This document shows, piece after piece, positions 9,797-20,434 of a stretch of 64,000 nucleotides of DNA. The translations under genes were made by a program, and so were the position numbers. Source of the DNA: Thermoanaerobaculia bacterium (lineage in GTDB: Bacteria > Acidobacteriota > Thermoanaerobaculia > Multivoradales > UBA5704). The DNA is taken from the NCBI GenBank assembly GCA_035644215.1, contig DASQPA010000202.1:4162-68161 (forward strand), written 5' to 3'. The stretch's first letter is position 1. Each line of letters opens with the position of its first letter. The notes beneath the pieces are model-generated. The model saw only the letters and a program-made list of their open reading frames with translations. It had not been told where the DNA came from and searched no databases.

Positions 9797-10936
9797 ATGG
9801 ACGACCGTTCCGCCGCCCGCGACCTGTTGCTCGCGCTCACCGCCACCCCCACCCTCTCCCGCGCCGCCGTCTGCCGGCTGGCCGCCGAGCTCGACCGCTG
9901 GACCGGCCGCGACCTGCCGGCGGACCCCGCCCGGCGGGCGGCCGAGCTGGGGGTGCCGCCAGTCCAGCTCGCCCGCGCCCTGGCGATCCTCCCCCAGGCC
10001 GGAACGCTCGCCCGGCGCGAGGAGGAGCGGACCGAGCGGCTGGGAGCCCACCTCCTCACCCGGCTCGACCCGGGCTATCCCGATCTCCTCCACCAGCTCG
10101 CCCTGGCGCCTCCCGTCCTCTATGTCAAGGGTCACCTGCCGGCCGGTCCGGCGGTCGCCATCGTCGGCTCCCGGCGGGCAGACGCCTACGGCCGGGAGGT
10201 GGCGGACCTCTTCTCCCGCGCCCTGGCCGAGGCCGGGGTCGCCGTGGTCTCCGGCTTCGCCCGTGGCGTGGACGCGGCGGCCCACCGCGGTGCCCTGGCG
10301 GCCGGCGGGCCGACCGTCGCCGTCCTCGGCTGCGGGCTGGGGGTCGACTATCCGCAGGGGCACGCCGCCCTGGGGGAGGAGATCGCGGCCCAGGGCGCCC
10401 TGGTCTCCGAGTTCCCCTGTGGCCTGCCGCCCCGCACCTGGCACTTCCCGGTGCGCAACCGGATCATCGCCGGCCTGACCGCGGGCACCCTGGTGGTCCA
10501 GGCGGCCCCCCGCTCGGGGTCGTTGATCACCGCCCGCCACGCCCTGGACCTCGGGCGGGAGGTCTGGGCGGTCCCCGGGAGGATCTTCGACGAGCGCTCG
10601 CTGGGGCCCAACGCCCTCCTTCGCGACGGCGCCAGCCTCGCCGAGCACCCGCGGGACGTCCTGGAGGGGCTCCGGCTGGAGAGCCCGGGGCCGGCGGTGG
10701 CCCGTGCGGAGAGAGCCGAACCGGAGGTCCCGGTCGGCCGGGCACTGCCCGCGGGACTCGCCGGCCAGGTCCTCGCCGCCTTGCCGGAGGGGCCAGGAGG
10801 AAAGAATCTGGCTCCCGAGGACGTGGCGGCCCGCGCCGGGCTCAGGGTGGACGTGGTCCTCGGCGCTCTGCTGGAGCTCGAGCTGGAAGGCTGGGTCAAG
10901 CGCCACCCCGGGCCGGCGTACGGGCGGTTGGGGTAG
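9797..10936 (+). CDS. dprA: DNA-processing protein DprA
   Basis: GSRRADAYGREVA...VVSGFARGVDAAAHRGAL...VAVLGCGLGVDYPQGH...LVSEFPCGLPPRTWHFPVRNRIIAGL is the conserved DprA Rossmann-like core. Confidence 0.9.
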   Translation: MDDRSAARDLLLALTATPTLSRAAVCRLAAELDRWTGRDLPADPARRAAELGVPPVQLARALAILPQAGTLARREEERTERLGAHLLTRLDPGYPDLLHQLALAPPVLYVKGHLPAGPAVAIVGSRRADAYGREVADLFSRALAEAGVAVVSGFARGVDAAAHRGALAAGGPTVAVLGCGLGVDYPQGHAALGEEIAAQGALVSEFPCGLPPRTWHFPVRNRIIAGLTAGTLVVQAAPRSGSLITARHALDLGREVWAVPGRIFDERSLGPNALLRDGASLAEHPRDVLEGLRLESPGPAVARAERAEPEVPVGRALPAGLAGQVLAALPEGPGGKNLAPEDVAARAGLRVDVVLGALLELELEGWVKRHPGPAYGRLG

Positions 10937-10975
10937 AGGCACTGACTTTGGCTCCGAGCGGTCCGGGTGGTGGGT

Positions 10976-10999
10976 CCCTCCCCCCTGGGAGGGGGAGGG
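10976..10999. terminator. GC-rich hairpin between the convergent dprA and coiled-coil genes (possible terminator, no U-tract)
   Basis: CCCTCCCCC (10976-10984) pairs with GGGGGAGGG (10991-10999) across a 6-nt loop. It lies 40 nt after the dprA stop. No T-run follows, so intrinsic-terminator status is uncertain. Confidence 0.3.
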
Positions 11000-11079
11000 T
11001 TGGATCAGGGGGGAGGCCAGGAGGGGGGCGCCGCCGACCCGAGACCTTCTTGGCGGATGCAAGGAGGGCCAGGGATGGC

Positions 11080-11454
11080 TTAGAGGATATCGCCCTGCTG
11101 GCGCTCGGCCCGGCTTTCGAGGCTCCGGATGCGGCTGTCCAGATGTCTCAAATAGGGCTCGAACCACGCCTTGACCTGACCGAAAATCTGCGCGACTTCG
11201 CTCTTCAGCCGCTCCAGTCTGTCGTTGAGCCCCGCAAAGCCTTCGGCCACCAAGTTCACTTCGCCGCGGAGGTCCTCGATCAGGACGCGAGTCTGCCGGC
11301 CGGTCTCTTCCACCCGCTCGATGCGTCGGTCGATCTGCTCGAACCGCTGGTCCACCTTTTCGAACCGTTGTACGGTCTCGTCGCGGAAGGTCGAGATCTG
11401 CTGGGCGTTCTCGCCGAAACGCCGTTCGAGATAGGCGATCAGTTCCGGGTCCAT
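11080..11454 (-). CDS. hypothetical coiled-coil protein
   Basis: 124-aa ORF with a heptad-like charged/hydrophobic pattern (FEKVDQRFEQIDRRIERVEETGRQTRVLIEDLRGEV...LERLKSEV). Its composition is unlike the Arg/Pro/Gly shadow ORFs around it. No family was recognised. Confidence 0.45.
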   Translation of the reverse strand: MDPELIAYLERRFGENAQQISTFRDETVQRFEKVDQRFEQIDRRIERVEETGRQTRVLIEDLRGEVNLVAEGFAGLNDRLERLKSEVAQIFGQVKAWFEPYLRHLDSRIRSLESRAERQQGDIL

Positions 11455-11529
11455 CGTGCCTGGGCTCCTCAGAGACAGTTACGTCACTACGCGACAGCCT
11501 ACCACGGAAACCGGTCCCGGCGTCGGCCG

Positions 11530-12231
11530 CTACCCGACCAGCGGCTCGATGCAATCCGGTGCATCGTGCGCCGGGCTGTTGACCGCCTTGCTGACCGGCA
11601 GGGTCTCGAAATCCGCGTCCGGCGCCGGTTTCAACAGCGCCTGGAGCTTCTCCTTGTCCTCGACCTTGGGATCGAGCCAGAGCCCGAAATCCGCGCGGTC
11701 GAGGACCACCGGCATGCGATCGTGGAGCCCCTTGATCGTCCCGTTGGCGTCCGTCGTCAGGATGGTGAAGGTCTCGACCAGACCGCCCTCGGGATTCTTC
11801 CAGGTGGACCACAGGCCGGCGAAGGCGAAGGGGCGGTGGTCTTTGTGGCGGATGAGGTAGGGCTGCTTGGCTTTGCCCTCCTTCTTCCACTCGTAGAAAC
11901 CGTCGGCCGGGATGAGGCAGCGCTTCTTCTTGAAGCTGAAGCGATAGGCGGGCTTCTCGGCCACCCCCTCGGAGCGGGCGTTGATCATCCGGTTGCCGAT
12001 GCTCGCCTCCTTCGCCCAGTAGGGGATGAGCCCCCAGCGCAGGAGGGCCAGGGTGCGCGGGGCGCCGGGCTCCCGCACCAGCGCCACCAGCGCCTCCTGG
12101 GTGGGGGCCAGGTTGTAGCGGGGAGGGAGGTCCGGCAGCTCCAGTTGCTCCGTGCCGCGGGCGGGGAAGGTGATCTCGAAGAGGTCGGCGACGACCTCGA
12201 CGGGCGAGCTCAAGGTGTAGCGTCCACACAT
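11530..12231 (-). CDS. yedK: SOS response-associated peptidase (SRAP/YedK family, abasic-site sensor)
   Basis: N terminus MCGRYTL with the catalytic Cys2. Family pattern ...RYNLAPTQ...WGLIPYWAK...INARSE...IPADGFYEWK.... Confidence 0.88.
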   Translation of the reverse strand: MCGRYTLSSPVEVVADLFEITFPARGTEQLELPDLPPRYNLAPTQEALVALVREPGAPRTLALLRWGLIPYWAKEASIGNRMINARSEGVAEKPAYRFSFKKKRCLIPADGFYEWKKEGKAKQPYLIRHKDHRPFAFAGLWSTWKNPEGGLVETFTILTTDANGTIKGLHDRMPVVLDRADFGLWLDPKVEDKEKLQALLKPAPDADFETLPVSKAVNSPAHDAPDCIEPLVG

Positions 12232-12248
12232 GTCGTCAGGCCCTCCCT

Positions 12249-14483
12249 TCAGTGCGCCGCCCCTGCCGAAAGCATCGGAAGCGGGATCTCCAGCTCGGGC
12301 GCCGCCGCAGCGCCAAGATATTCGTTCAGGGTGAAGCTGTCCACCGCCAGCGCCTCCTGCCAGGCGGCCTCGGCCTCCCGGACCTGATCGGCCTCGGCCG
12401 CGGTGATCTCCCCCGCCGCCACCGCCCGCTCGAGGAAGGTGGCGACCGGTTCGGCCGGGAGCCGGCCGGCGCGGGTGGCCCGCCGCAGCCGCTCTCCCAC
12501 CTCGGCGCTTCGGGTGACCCGGAGAAAGGCCCGCTCCAACCGGCCGACCGCCTCGGCGGGGTCGTCCGGCAGGTCGATCCCGGCGGTCAACCGGTCACGC
12601 TGCTCGCCCGGGACCTGGAGGAGGGCCGCGAGGACCGCACCCAGGCGGTCCCCAGGAGGCGAGGCGATAGGATTCAAGCGCGACCAGAGAGCCCCGGGGC
12701 CACGGAGGAGAAAGCCCAGGGGGCCGGGGAAGTTCCTGTAGATGCCGTCGAAGGCCGCCTGCACCCGGGCCAGGCACTCCTCCACCGACCAGAGGACAAG
12801 CGGCAGGTCCTCCGGGCGGCGCCCCTCGGCCTCGAAGCGGCGCAGGGCGCAGGTGCCCAGGAAGAGGAAGGAGAGAGCGTCGGCGAAACGGCCGGAGAGC
12901 TTCTCGCTCGCCTTCAAAGCCCCGCCCAGGCTCACCAGGGCGAGGTCCGCGAGGGCGGCGAAGCGGGCCGAGCCCCAGGCGAGCCGGCGATACCAGGCGG
13001 CCGTCGGTCCGGGGACGGGGCTCCTGGCCAGCCGGCCGCGGGTGACCCCCAGGAGGGCGGCGCGGACGAGGTTCCGGACGACCGCAACCGCGTGCCCGAG
13101 GAGGGCCCGGCGGAGCGCCTGGCGGTCCCCCGCCGCGTGCGCCTGCATCTCGCGCTGGAGATAGGGATGGCAGCGGATCGCCCCCTGGCCGAAGAGGATG
13201 AGGGTACGGGTGAGGATGTTCGCCCCCTCGACGGTGATTCCGATGGCGGCCCCGGCGTAGCCGTCGGCGAGGAGGTTCCGCGGGCCGTGGCAGAGGCCGG
13301 CGCCGGCGAGGACGTCCATGCCGTCCTGCACCCGCTCGCGCAGCAGCTCGGTCGCCTGGAGCTTCAAGATCGCCGAGACCACCGCCGGCTTCTCCCCGGC
13401 GTCCACCGCGCCGCAGGTGAAGACCCGCGCCGCCTCCAGGAGATAGGTGGTGCCGGCGATCCGCGCCAGCGGCTCCTCGATCCCCTCGAAGCGGCCGATC
13501 GGCACCCCGAACTGCCGGCGGACGGCGGCGTAGGCCCCGACGGTGCGGGCGATCCGCTTGGCGCCGCCCACCGACTGTGCCGGAAGGGAGATCGAGCGCC
13601 CGGCGGAGAGCGCCTCCATCAGCATCCGCCAGCCGCGGCCGGCCTGCTCGATCCCGCCGAGGATCTGGTCGGCGGAAACCCGCACGTCCACCCCCTCGGT
13701 GGGGCCGTTGGGGATCGGGATGCCCATGGGATCGTGCCGCCGGCCGATCCGCACCCCCGGGGTCGCGGTGGGGATCAGCGCGCAGGTGATGCCCAGATCC
13801 TCCCCGCGATCGCCACGATCCAGGAGGTTCTCCGGATCGTAGAGCCGGAAGGCGAGCCCCAGGAGGGTGGCGACCGGGGCGAGGGTGATGTAGCGCTTCT
13901 CCCAGTCGAGGCGGAGCCAGGGCTTCCCCTCGGGGCCGCGATAGAGGACGCCCCGGGAGGTGAGCGAGGCGGCGTCCGAGCCGGCCTCGGGCTCGGTCAG
14001 GGCGAAGCAGGGGATCTCCTCGCCGCGGGCGAGGCGGGGGAGATAGCGCCGTTTCTGCTCCTCGGTGCCGTAGGCGAGGAGGAGCTCCCCGGGACCCACC
14101 GAGTTGGGGATGAGGACGACCGCCGAGAGCGCCAGCGACCGCGAGGCGAGCTTGCCGAAGACGGCCGAGGCGCCGAGGGCCGAAAAGCCGAGCCCGCCGT
14201 GCGCCTCGGGGATCGTCAAACCGAAGAAGCGCTGGCGCTTGAGGAATTCCCATACCGCGGCCGGCAGCTCCCGGCGCCGCGAGAGCTCCCACGGATCGAC
14301 CCGCCGGCAGACCTCCGCCACCGGCCCATCAAGGAAGGCCTGCTCGCGTGCGGAGAGAGAAGGGTACGGCTCCGCCAGGATCCGCTTAAAGTCGGGCCGG
14401 CCGGAGAACAGCTCCCGCTCCACCCAGACCGTCCCCGCCTCCAGCGCCTCGCGCTCGGTGGCGGACATGCGGGGGATGCGCAT
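12249..14483 (-). CDS. fadE: long acyl-CoA dehydrogenase (FadE-type, lacking the E. coli N-terminal membrane segment)
   Basis: It appears to run collinear with E. coli FadE as I recall that sequence: TEREALEAGTVWVERELFSGRPDFKRIL, LARGEEIPCFALTEPEAGSDA, WEKRYITLAPVATLLGLAF, GITCALIP, ITVEGANILTR, FGQGAIRCHPY. The start could instead be the Met at 14468. Confidence 0.88.
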   Translation of the reverse strand: MRIPRMSATEREALEAGTVWVERELFSGRPDFKRILAEPYPSLSAREQAFLDGPVAEVCRRVDPWELSRRRELPAAVWEFLKRQRFFGLTIPEAHGGLGFSALGASAVFGKLASRSLALSAVVLIPNSVGPGELLLAYGTEEQKRRYLPRLARGEEIPCFALTEPEAGSDAASLTSRGVLYRGPEGKPWLRLDWEKRYITLAPVATLLGLAFRLYDPENLLDRGDRGEDLGITCALIPTATPGVRIGRRHDPMGIPIPNGPTEGVDVRVSADQILGGIEQAGRGWRMLMEALSAGRSISLPAQSVGGAKRIARTVGAYAAVRRQFGVPIGRFEGIEEPLARIAGTTYLLEAARVFTCGAVDAGEKPAVVSAILKLQATELLRERVQDGMDVLAGAGLCHGPRNLLADGYAGAAIGITVEGANILTRTLILFGQGAIRCHPYLQREMQAHAAGDRQALRRALLGHAVAVVRNLVRAALLGVTRGRLARSPVPGPTAAWYRRLAWGSARFAALADLALVSLGGALKASEKLSGRFADALSFLFLGTCALRRFEAEGRRPEDLPLVLWSVEECLARVQAAFDGIYRNFPGPLGFLLRGPGALWSRLNPIASPPGDRLGAVLAALLQVPGEQRDRLTAGIDLPDDPAEAVGRLERAFLRVTRSAEVGERLRRATRAGRLPAEPVATFLERAVAAGEITAAEADQVREAEAAWQEALAVDSFTLNEYLGAAAAPELEIPLPMLSAGAAH

Positions 14484-14518
14484 GCGCTAGTGTACCGCGC
14501 CGGCCGGCGAGCGATTTC

Positions 14519-16918
14519 CTAGGGCACCTTGAGCACGAGGACCGTCTGGTCGTCCTCGCGCGGCGCGCCGCCGGTAAAGCGCTCGATGTCTTGGAGCACC
14601 CCGTCGCGCATCCCCTCCACCCCCCGCCGGGCGTGCCTGGCGAGGCTCTGCTCCAGGCGCTCGAAGCCGAACTCGTCCCCGTGCTCGGTCCGCGCCTCGA
14701 CCAGACCGTCGCTGTACAGGAAGAGGATGTCGCCGGACGCGAGCTGCGCCTGCCGTGGCTCGACGACGAGCTGGCCGCGCACGCCCAGGGGATAGGCGAT
14801 CGATTCCAGGGCGCGGACGCCGCCCTGGGGCGAGACGACGTAGGGGAAGAGGTGGCCGGCGCTGGCGTAGAGCAGTTCGCGGCTCTCGGGGTCGAGCAGG
14901 GCGTAGCAGAGGGTCGCCAGGAGACGCTTCCTCGCCGTCTGGTAGACCGTGCGATTGAGCGTCCCGAAGACCGCCGCCACCTCGGGATTGAAGGTGACCT
15001 GGACGGCGAGCGCCGACTTGGCCATCGACATCACGAGCCCCGAGGAGACGCCATGGCCGGCGACGTCCCCCACCGCCACGGCGAGCCGCCCGTCCTCCAG
15101 GGCCAGCACGTCGTAGAAGTCGCCCCCTACCTCGGAGGCCGGGAGGTAGGCGTGGGCGAGGGCGACCCCGTGAAGGCTCGGCGGCAGGTCGGGGAGGATG
15201 GAGCTCTGGATGCGGCGGGCGGTCTCCAGCTCGACCCGCTGGCGCTCGCGCTCGGCGATCCGCCGCACGTGGGGCGGGACGTCCTCGTAGCGGTAGACGA
15301 GCTCCTGGCCGCCGGCCAGGTGGCGCAGGCTGACGAGGAGCGGTGCCAGGAGCACGGCGAGGGCGAGCCACCCCTGGGCCGCGAGGCTCGGGGCCGCCGC
15401 CGTCAGCAGCGGGTAGCCGGCGAGGAGGACCGTCGAGACCACCGTGGCGGTCAGAACGGCCAGGAAGCCGTGGCGCAGGAAGAGGACCACCAGGGCCGCC
15501 ACGAAGAACAGGGAGACCGCGAGACCCCAGACGAACGGCAGGGGAGAGGAGGGAGGGAGGAGGAGGACCGAGCCGAGGAGGACGGCGACGGCCACCCCCG
15601 GCCCGCGACCCAGCCGGCGCACGGCGACGGGCAGCAGACAGAGCGCCAGCACGAGGAGCAACGGCAACGTCGAGAACAGGGAAACGGCGAGGAGATCGAA
15701 GCCCGGCGCCGCGGTGGGCGGCAGGTCGAGCAGCGCGGCGACCGGCCAGGCGCCGAAGCGCTGGAGCGGCAGGAAGGCCAGGACGAGCCCGCCGGCGAGG
15801 GCCGTGCCGGCGGCGGCGCCGGCGAGCGAGGAGCGCGCGACCGTGGCGTTGCCCCACTCGCCCTGGAACAGGGCGTCGAAGGCGGCGAGCTTGCCGCCCC
15901 AGCGTTCCCGGCAGATCGACTCCCCCACCGACCAGGCGACGAAGGCGAGGAGAGCCGTGGGCAGGACCCGGAACATCGAGTAGACCACGACGAGGAGCCA
16001 GGTCGTCGGCTGACGCAAGGTAGCGCCGATGTTCCAGCCCTGGGCGGTGGCGCGGGCGCCGAGCAAAGTCGCCGTGAGGCCCAGGGCCAGCATGAGGAGA
16101 AAGATCTGGACACCCCGCCGCACCCCGATCTCGCCCTCGTGGTAGCGCTTGAGGAAGGGGACGGTGAGCACGAGCAGGGCGAGGTAGGCGAGGACCAGGC
16201 CGCCGACGCCGGCGAAGACGTTCTGCTGGAAGATCCGCTGCAACGACCGCTGTTCCGGGTCCTCCTCGAAGTGGGAGAAGCCGGTGAGCCGGTCGCCGGA
16301 GAAGCGCACGAGGACGCCGTAGACCAGGCCCTCCGCTCCGGGCAGTGGCCGGCGGTCGCGGTAGCGGACGGCCAGGTCGGTGCGGGCGGCGAGCTGCTCG
16401 CTGCGGATCTCGGGCTCGCGGTAGCGCCGGAGGTCGAACCCCTGGCGGCCGAGGAAGGCGTCGGCGCGGGCGCGCGCCTCCGGCGGGGCGAGCGGATTGC
16501 CGCGCGCCTCCGGATCGAGGTTCAGGCGCAGCCGTGCCACCTCGCCGGTGAACGCCACCTCGGCCTGGTAGGTCCAGTCCTGCGGCAGCGCCCCGGGAGG
16601 GTAGACCGTCACCTCCCAGGCCAGCACGCGGTCGGGGAGCCCCGACTCCCGCAGGCCCCGGCTCCCGGCGCGGCGGCGGGCGAGTTGGAGACGCCGCTCC
16701 AGCACCGCGTCGGTCTGGAAGCTCGCCACGACGTAGGCGTTGGGGACCGGCTCGCCCAGGTCCTTGAAGCGCGCCAGTGCGATGGCGATCGCCTCGTCCC
16801 GGGTCACCTTCAAGGCCCGCGGCGCGAACGGGAAGGCGAGCGGGTAGGCCCAGACGAGCGCCACCGCCCCGGCCGCGCCGAGGAGGAGCCAGAGGAGCAG
16901 GAACCGCACGTTGCGCAT
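14519..16918 (-). CDS. polytopic membrane PP2C/SpoIIE-family protein phosphatase
   Basis: About 10 hydrophobic segments precede a C-terminal PP2C domain (GGDFYDV...AVGDVAGHGVSSGLVMS...ASAGHLFPY...LFLYSDGLVEA...DDQTVLVLKV). Confidence 0.85.
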   Translation of the reverse strand: MRNVRFLLLWLLLGAAGAVALVWAYPLAFPFAPRALKVTRDEAIAIALARFKDLGEPVPNAYVVASFQTDAVLERRLQLARRRAGSRGLRESGLPDRVLAWEVTVYPPGALPQDWTYQAEVAFTGEVARLRLNLDPEARGNPLAPPEARARADAFLGRQGFDLRRYREPEIRSEQLAARTDLAVRYRDRRPLPGAEGLVYGVLVRFSGDRLTGFSHFEEDPEQRSLQRIFQQNVFAGVGGLVLAYLALLVLTVPFLKRYHEGEIGVRRGVQIFLLMLALGLTATLLGARATAQGWNIGATLRQPTTWLLVVVYSMFRVLPTALLAFVAWSVGESICRERWGGKLAAFDALFQGEWGNATVARSSLAGAAAGTALAGGLVLAFLPLQRFGAWPVAALLDLPPTAAPGFDLLAVSLFSTLPLLLVLALCLLPVAVRRLGRGPGVAVAVLLGSVLLLPPSSPLPFVWGLAVSLFFVAALVVLFLRHGFLAVLTATVVSTVLLAGYPLLTAAAPSLAAQGWLALAVLLAPLLVSLRHLAGGQELVYRYEDVPPHVRRIAERERQRVELETARRIQSSILPDLPPSLHGVALAHAYLPASEVGGDFYDVLALEDGRLAVAVGDVAGHGVSSGLVMSMAKSALAVQVTFNPEVAAVFGTLNRTVYQTARKRLLATLCYALLDPESRELLYASAGHLFPYVVSPQGGVRALESIAYPLGVRGQLVVEPRQAQLASGDILFLYSDGLVEARTEHGDEFGFERLEQSLARHARRGVEGMRDGVLQDIERFTGGAPREDDQTVLVLKVP

Positions 16919-16956
16919 CAGAGCTTGCTACGCGGGAAGGGGCTGCCAGGTTGCGT

Positions 16957-17093
16957 GGGGGGGAGGGGGGAGGGCTGACACGGACGAGCACAGACGGACA
17001 CAGACTGGCACAGACAGCGTCCGTGGTGGTCCGTGGAGAGTCCGTGTTCTGTCCGTGTCGTCCGTGTGGGCCGCCCGCCCCCCCACAACCCCC
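16957..17093. repeat. long imperfect hairpin clamped by a G-run and a C-run, 3' of mdh (possible terminator / REP-like element)
   Basis: GGGGGGGAGGGGGGAGGG (16957-16974) faces CCGCCCGCCCCCCCACAACCCCC (17070-17092). Between them, ACGGAC/CACAGAC motifs on the left face five GTCCGT motifs on the right. Confidence 0.5.
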
Positions 17094-18019
17094 TACAGTT
17101 TCAAGCTTTTGACCAGGTTCTTGACCGCGTCGACCGACTTGTTGAGCTCGGCCTTCTCCTCGGCGGTCAGGCGGAGCTGGATCACCTCTTCGATGCCCTT
17201 CCGGCCGAGCTTGACCGGAATGCCGACGAAGAGGTCGTCGATGCCGTACTCGCCCTGGAGCAGTACGGCGCAGGGGAGGATCTTCTTCTTGTCGTGGAGG
17301 ATGGCCTCGACCATGTCGAGCACCGCGGCCGAGGGGGCGTAGTAGGCCGAGCCCTGCTTGTAGTAGTTGACGATCTCGGCGCCGCCGTCGCGCGTCCGCT
17401 GGTTGATCGCCTCGATCCGGTCGGCGGGGAGGAGCTGCGGCAGGGGGATGCCGGCGACCGTGGCGTAGCGCGGCATCGGCACCATGGTGTCGCCGTGGCC
17501 GCCCAGGACGAAGGCGTCGACGTCCTCTACCGAGACCTTGAGCTCGTCGGCGATGAAGAGGCGCATGCGGGCCGAGTCGAGCACCCCGGCCATGCCAAAG
17601 ACCCGCTCGCGCGGGAAGCCGGAGACCCGGCGCGCCACCTCGCACATGGCGTCCAGGGGGTTGGTCACGATGATCAGGATGGTCTCGGGCGAGCGCTTCA
17701 CCAGCTGCTCGACGACCTCCTTCAGGATCTCGGTGTTCTTGGCCAGCAGGTCGTCCCGGCTCATGCCGGGCTTCCTCGCCAGGCCGGCGGTGACGACGCA
17801 GATGTCCGAGCCGGCGGTCGGGTCGTAGTCGCCGCCGCCGGTGATGCAGGCGTTGAAGCCCAGGACCGGCGCGGCCTCCATCATGTCCAGGGCCTTGCCG
17901 GTCGCCAGGTCGGCGGCCACGTCGACCATCACCACGTCGGCGAGCTCGCGCTCGGCGATCCTTTGCGCAGTGGTGGCGCCGACGTTGCCGGCCCCCACCA
18001 CGGTCACTTTGTGCTGCAT
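17093..18019 (-). CDS. mdh: malate dehydrogenase (LDH-like family)
   Basis: [18 protein letters not shown]...[16 protein letters not shown]...IVTNPLD...GGHGDTMVP. The ATG at 18019 is preceded by AGGAGA. The upstream part of the 560-aa ORF is read-through. Confidence 0.95.
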   Translation of the reverse strand: MQHKVTVVGAGNVGATTAQRIAERELADVVMVDVAADLATGKALDMMEAAPVLGFNACITGGGDYDPTAGSDICVVTAGLARKPGMSRDDLLAKNTEILKEVVEQLVKRSPETILIIVTNPLDAMCEVARRVSGFPRERVFGMAGVLDSARMRLFIADELKVSVEDVDAFVLGGHGDTMVPMPRYATVAGIPLPQLLPADRIEAINQRTRDGGAEIVNYYKQGSAYYAPSAAVLDMVEAILHDKKKILPCAVLLQGEYGIDDLFVGIPVKLGRKGIEEVIQLRLTAEEKAELNKSVDAVKNLVKSLKL

Positions 18020-18030
18020 GGAAATCTCCT

Positions 18031-19275
<1,245 letters not shown>

Positions 19276-19383
19276 TTCCCTTGCTCCTCCGCGGGTGTTG
19301 GGGGGGAGATACCAACCGATGGGAAAACAATCGGGTCTCGCGGCGGAGAGTATCACGGGAGGTCCGTGCTAGATTCATCGAGT

Positions 19384-19797
19384 ATGCAAGTGGAATGGGA
19401 GGCCCTGATCGCCGCCGCGACCGCCGTCCGCGCGCACGCCTACGCGCCCTACAGCGGCTTTCCGGTCGGCGCGGCGGTGCTCATGGAGGACGGCTCGATC
19501 CACGCCGGAGCGAACGTCGAAAACGGCATCCCGGCGCTCGCCGTCTGCGCCGAACGGGTGGCGATCGCCAAGGCCGCCTCGGCCGGCCTGCGCGCCCCGG
19601 TCGCCATCGCCGTGGTCACCGGCACCAGCCCGCCCTCCCGCCCCTGCGGCCTCTGCCGGCAGACCCTCTCCGAGTTCGCCCGCGACCTGCCCATCCTGGT
19701 CGCCAACCCGGCCGGCGACCGCGAGGAGCTGCGCCTCTCCGCGCTCTTCCCCCAGCCCTTCTCGCTCGCCGACGCCGAAGCGCGGAAGTCGCCATAA
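19384..19797 (+). CDS. cdd: cytidine deaminase
   Basis: YAPYSGFPVGAA...CAERVAI...PCGLCRQ zinc-binding motifs. The product is 137 aa starting from the ATG at 19384. Confidence 0.9.
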   Translation: MQVEWEALIAAATAVRAHAYAPYSGFPVGAAVLMEDGSIHAGANVENGIPALAVCAERVAIAKAASAGLRAPVAIAVVTGTSPPSRPCGLCRQTLSEFARDLPILVANPAGDREELRLSALFPQPFSLADAEARKSP

Positions 19798-19854
19798 AAA
19801 AACGCAGGGGCACCCGAGGGTACCCCTGCGCTGTATCGCTAGGCTTGAATCGGG

Positions 19855-20262
19855 TTAGCTGGGCTTCTTGTCGGCGGCCGGCTTGGCAGCCTTCGCCTTG
19901 TGGATGGCGACCTTGGTGGCCATGTCGCTGTCCTTGGCGGTGGTGACGGTGACCTTGTCGCCGACGGCCGGGGCGGAACCCTTCGGGGTGACGACGGTCT
20001 TGTCGTCCCACTTGAAGTTCTTGTCGCCAGCCTTCGCCTTGACGGTCATGGTCTTGGCGGTCGCGTCGACAGCGGTCACCTCGCCCATGGTGTGGTCCCA
20101 CTTGGCCTTGGACTTCGCCATACCCTTGTCCATGCCCGCATCGGTGGAGGCAGCCGCGGTGCCCTTGTCCTTCGGCGCGTCAGCCGCCGGGGCGGTGGCA
20201 GCCATGGCGGCAACCGACGAAGCAATCATGAGACCGGTGAGAACCCAAGCAGTCTTGCGCAT
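19855..20262 (-). CDS. small secreted protein with a Lys/Ala-rich tail
   Basis: Signal peptide MRKTAWVLTGLMIASSVAAMAATAPA. Its core (GEVTAVDATAKTMTVKAKAGDKNFKWDDKTVV...VGDKVTV) resembles the ORF at 36081-36377. Confidence 0.55.
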   Translation of the reverse strand: MRKTAWVLTGLMIASSVAAMAATAPAADAPKDKGTAAASTDAGMDKGMAKSKAKWDHTMGEVTAVDATAKTMTVKAKAGDKNFKWDDKTVVTPKGSAPAVGDKVTVTTAKDSDMATKVAIHKAKAAKPAADKKPS

Positions 20263-20434
20263 AGCACTCTCCTTTTGGGGATCGGAGTCTAATCTCCGCC
20301 CTGTTGCATACTACAGATTGCATCCGTAATGCCAGCCTCTCCCCCAACGTTTTCCCCGGGGAACCCGTATACGGGAGGGGGCGGCGCGCATTCCTGGCGT
20401 GCCAGTCAGGGTAGAGGCTTGCCAAAACGGCGTA

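Noticed and set aside
20263-20434. Possible tRNA or ncRNA, or a terminator (CCCGTATACGGG palindrome), in the gap after glk.
   Set aside because: There is no tRNA cloverleaf or T-loop (GTTCGAATC-like) sequence. The 12-nt palindrome lacks a U-tract and a convincing extended stem, so there is not enough to call a feature.
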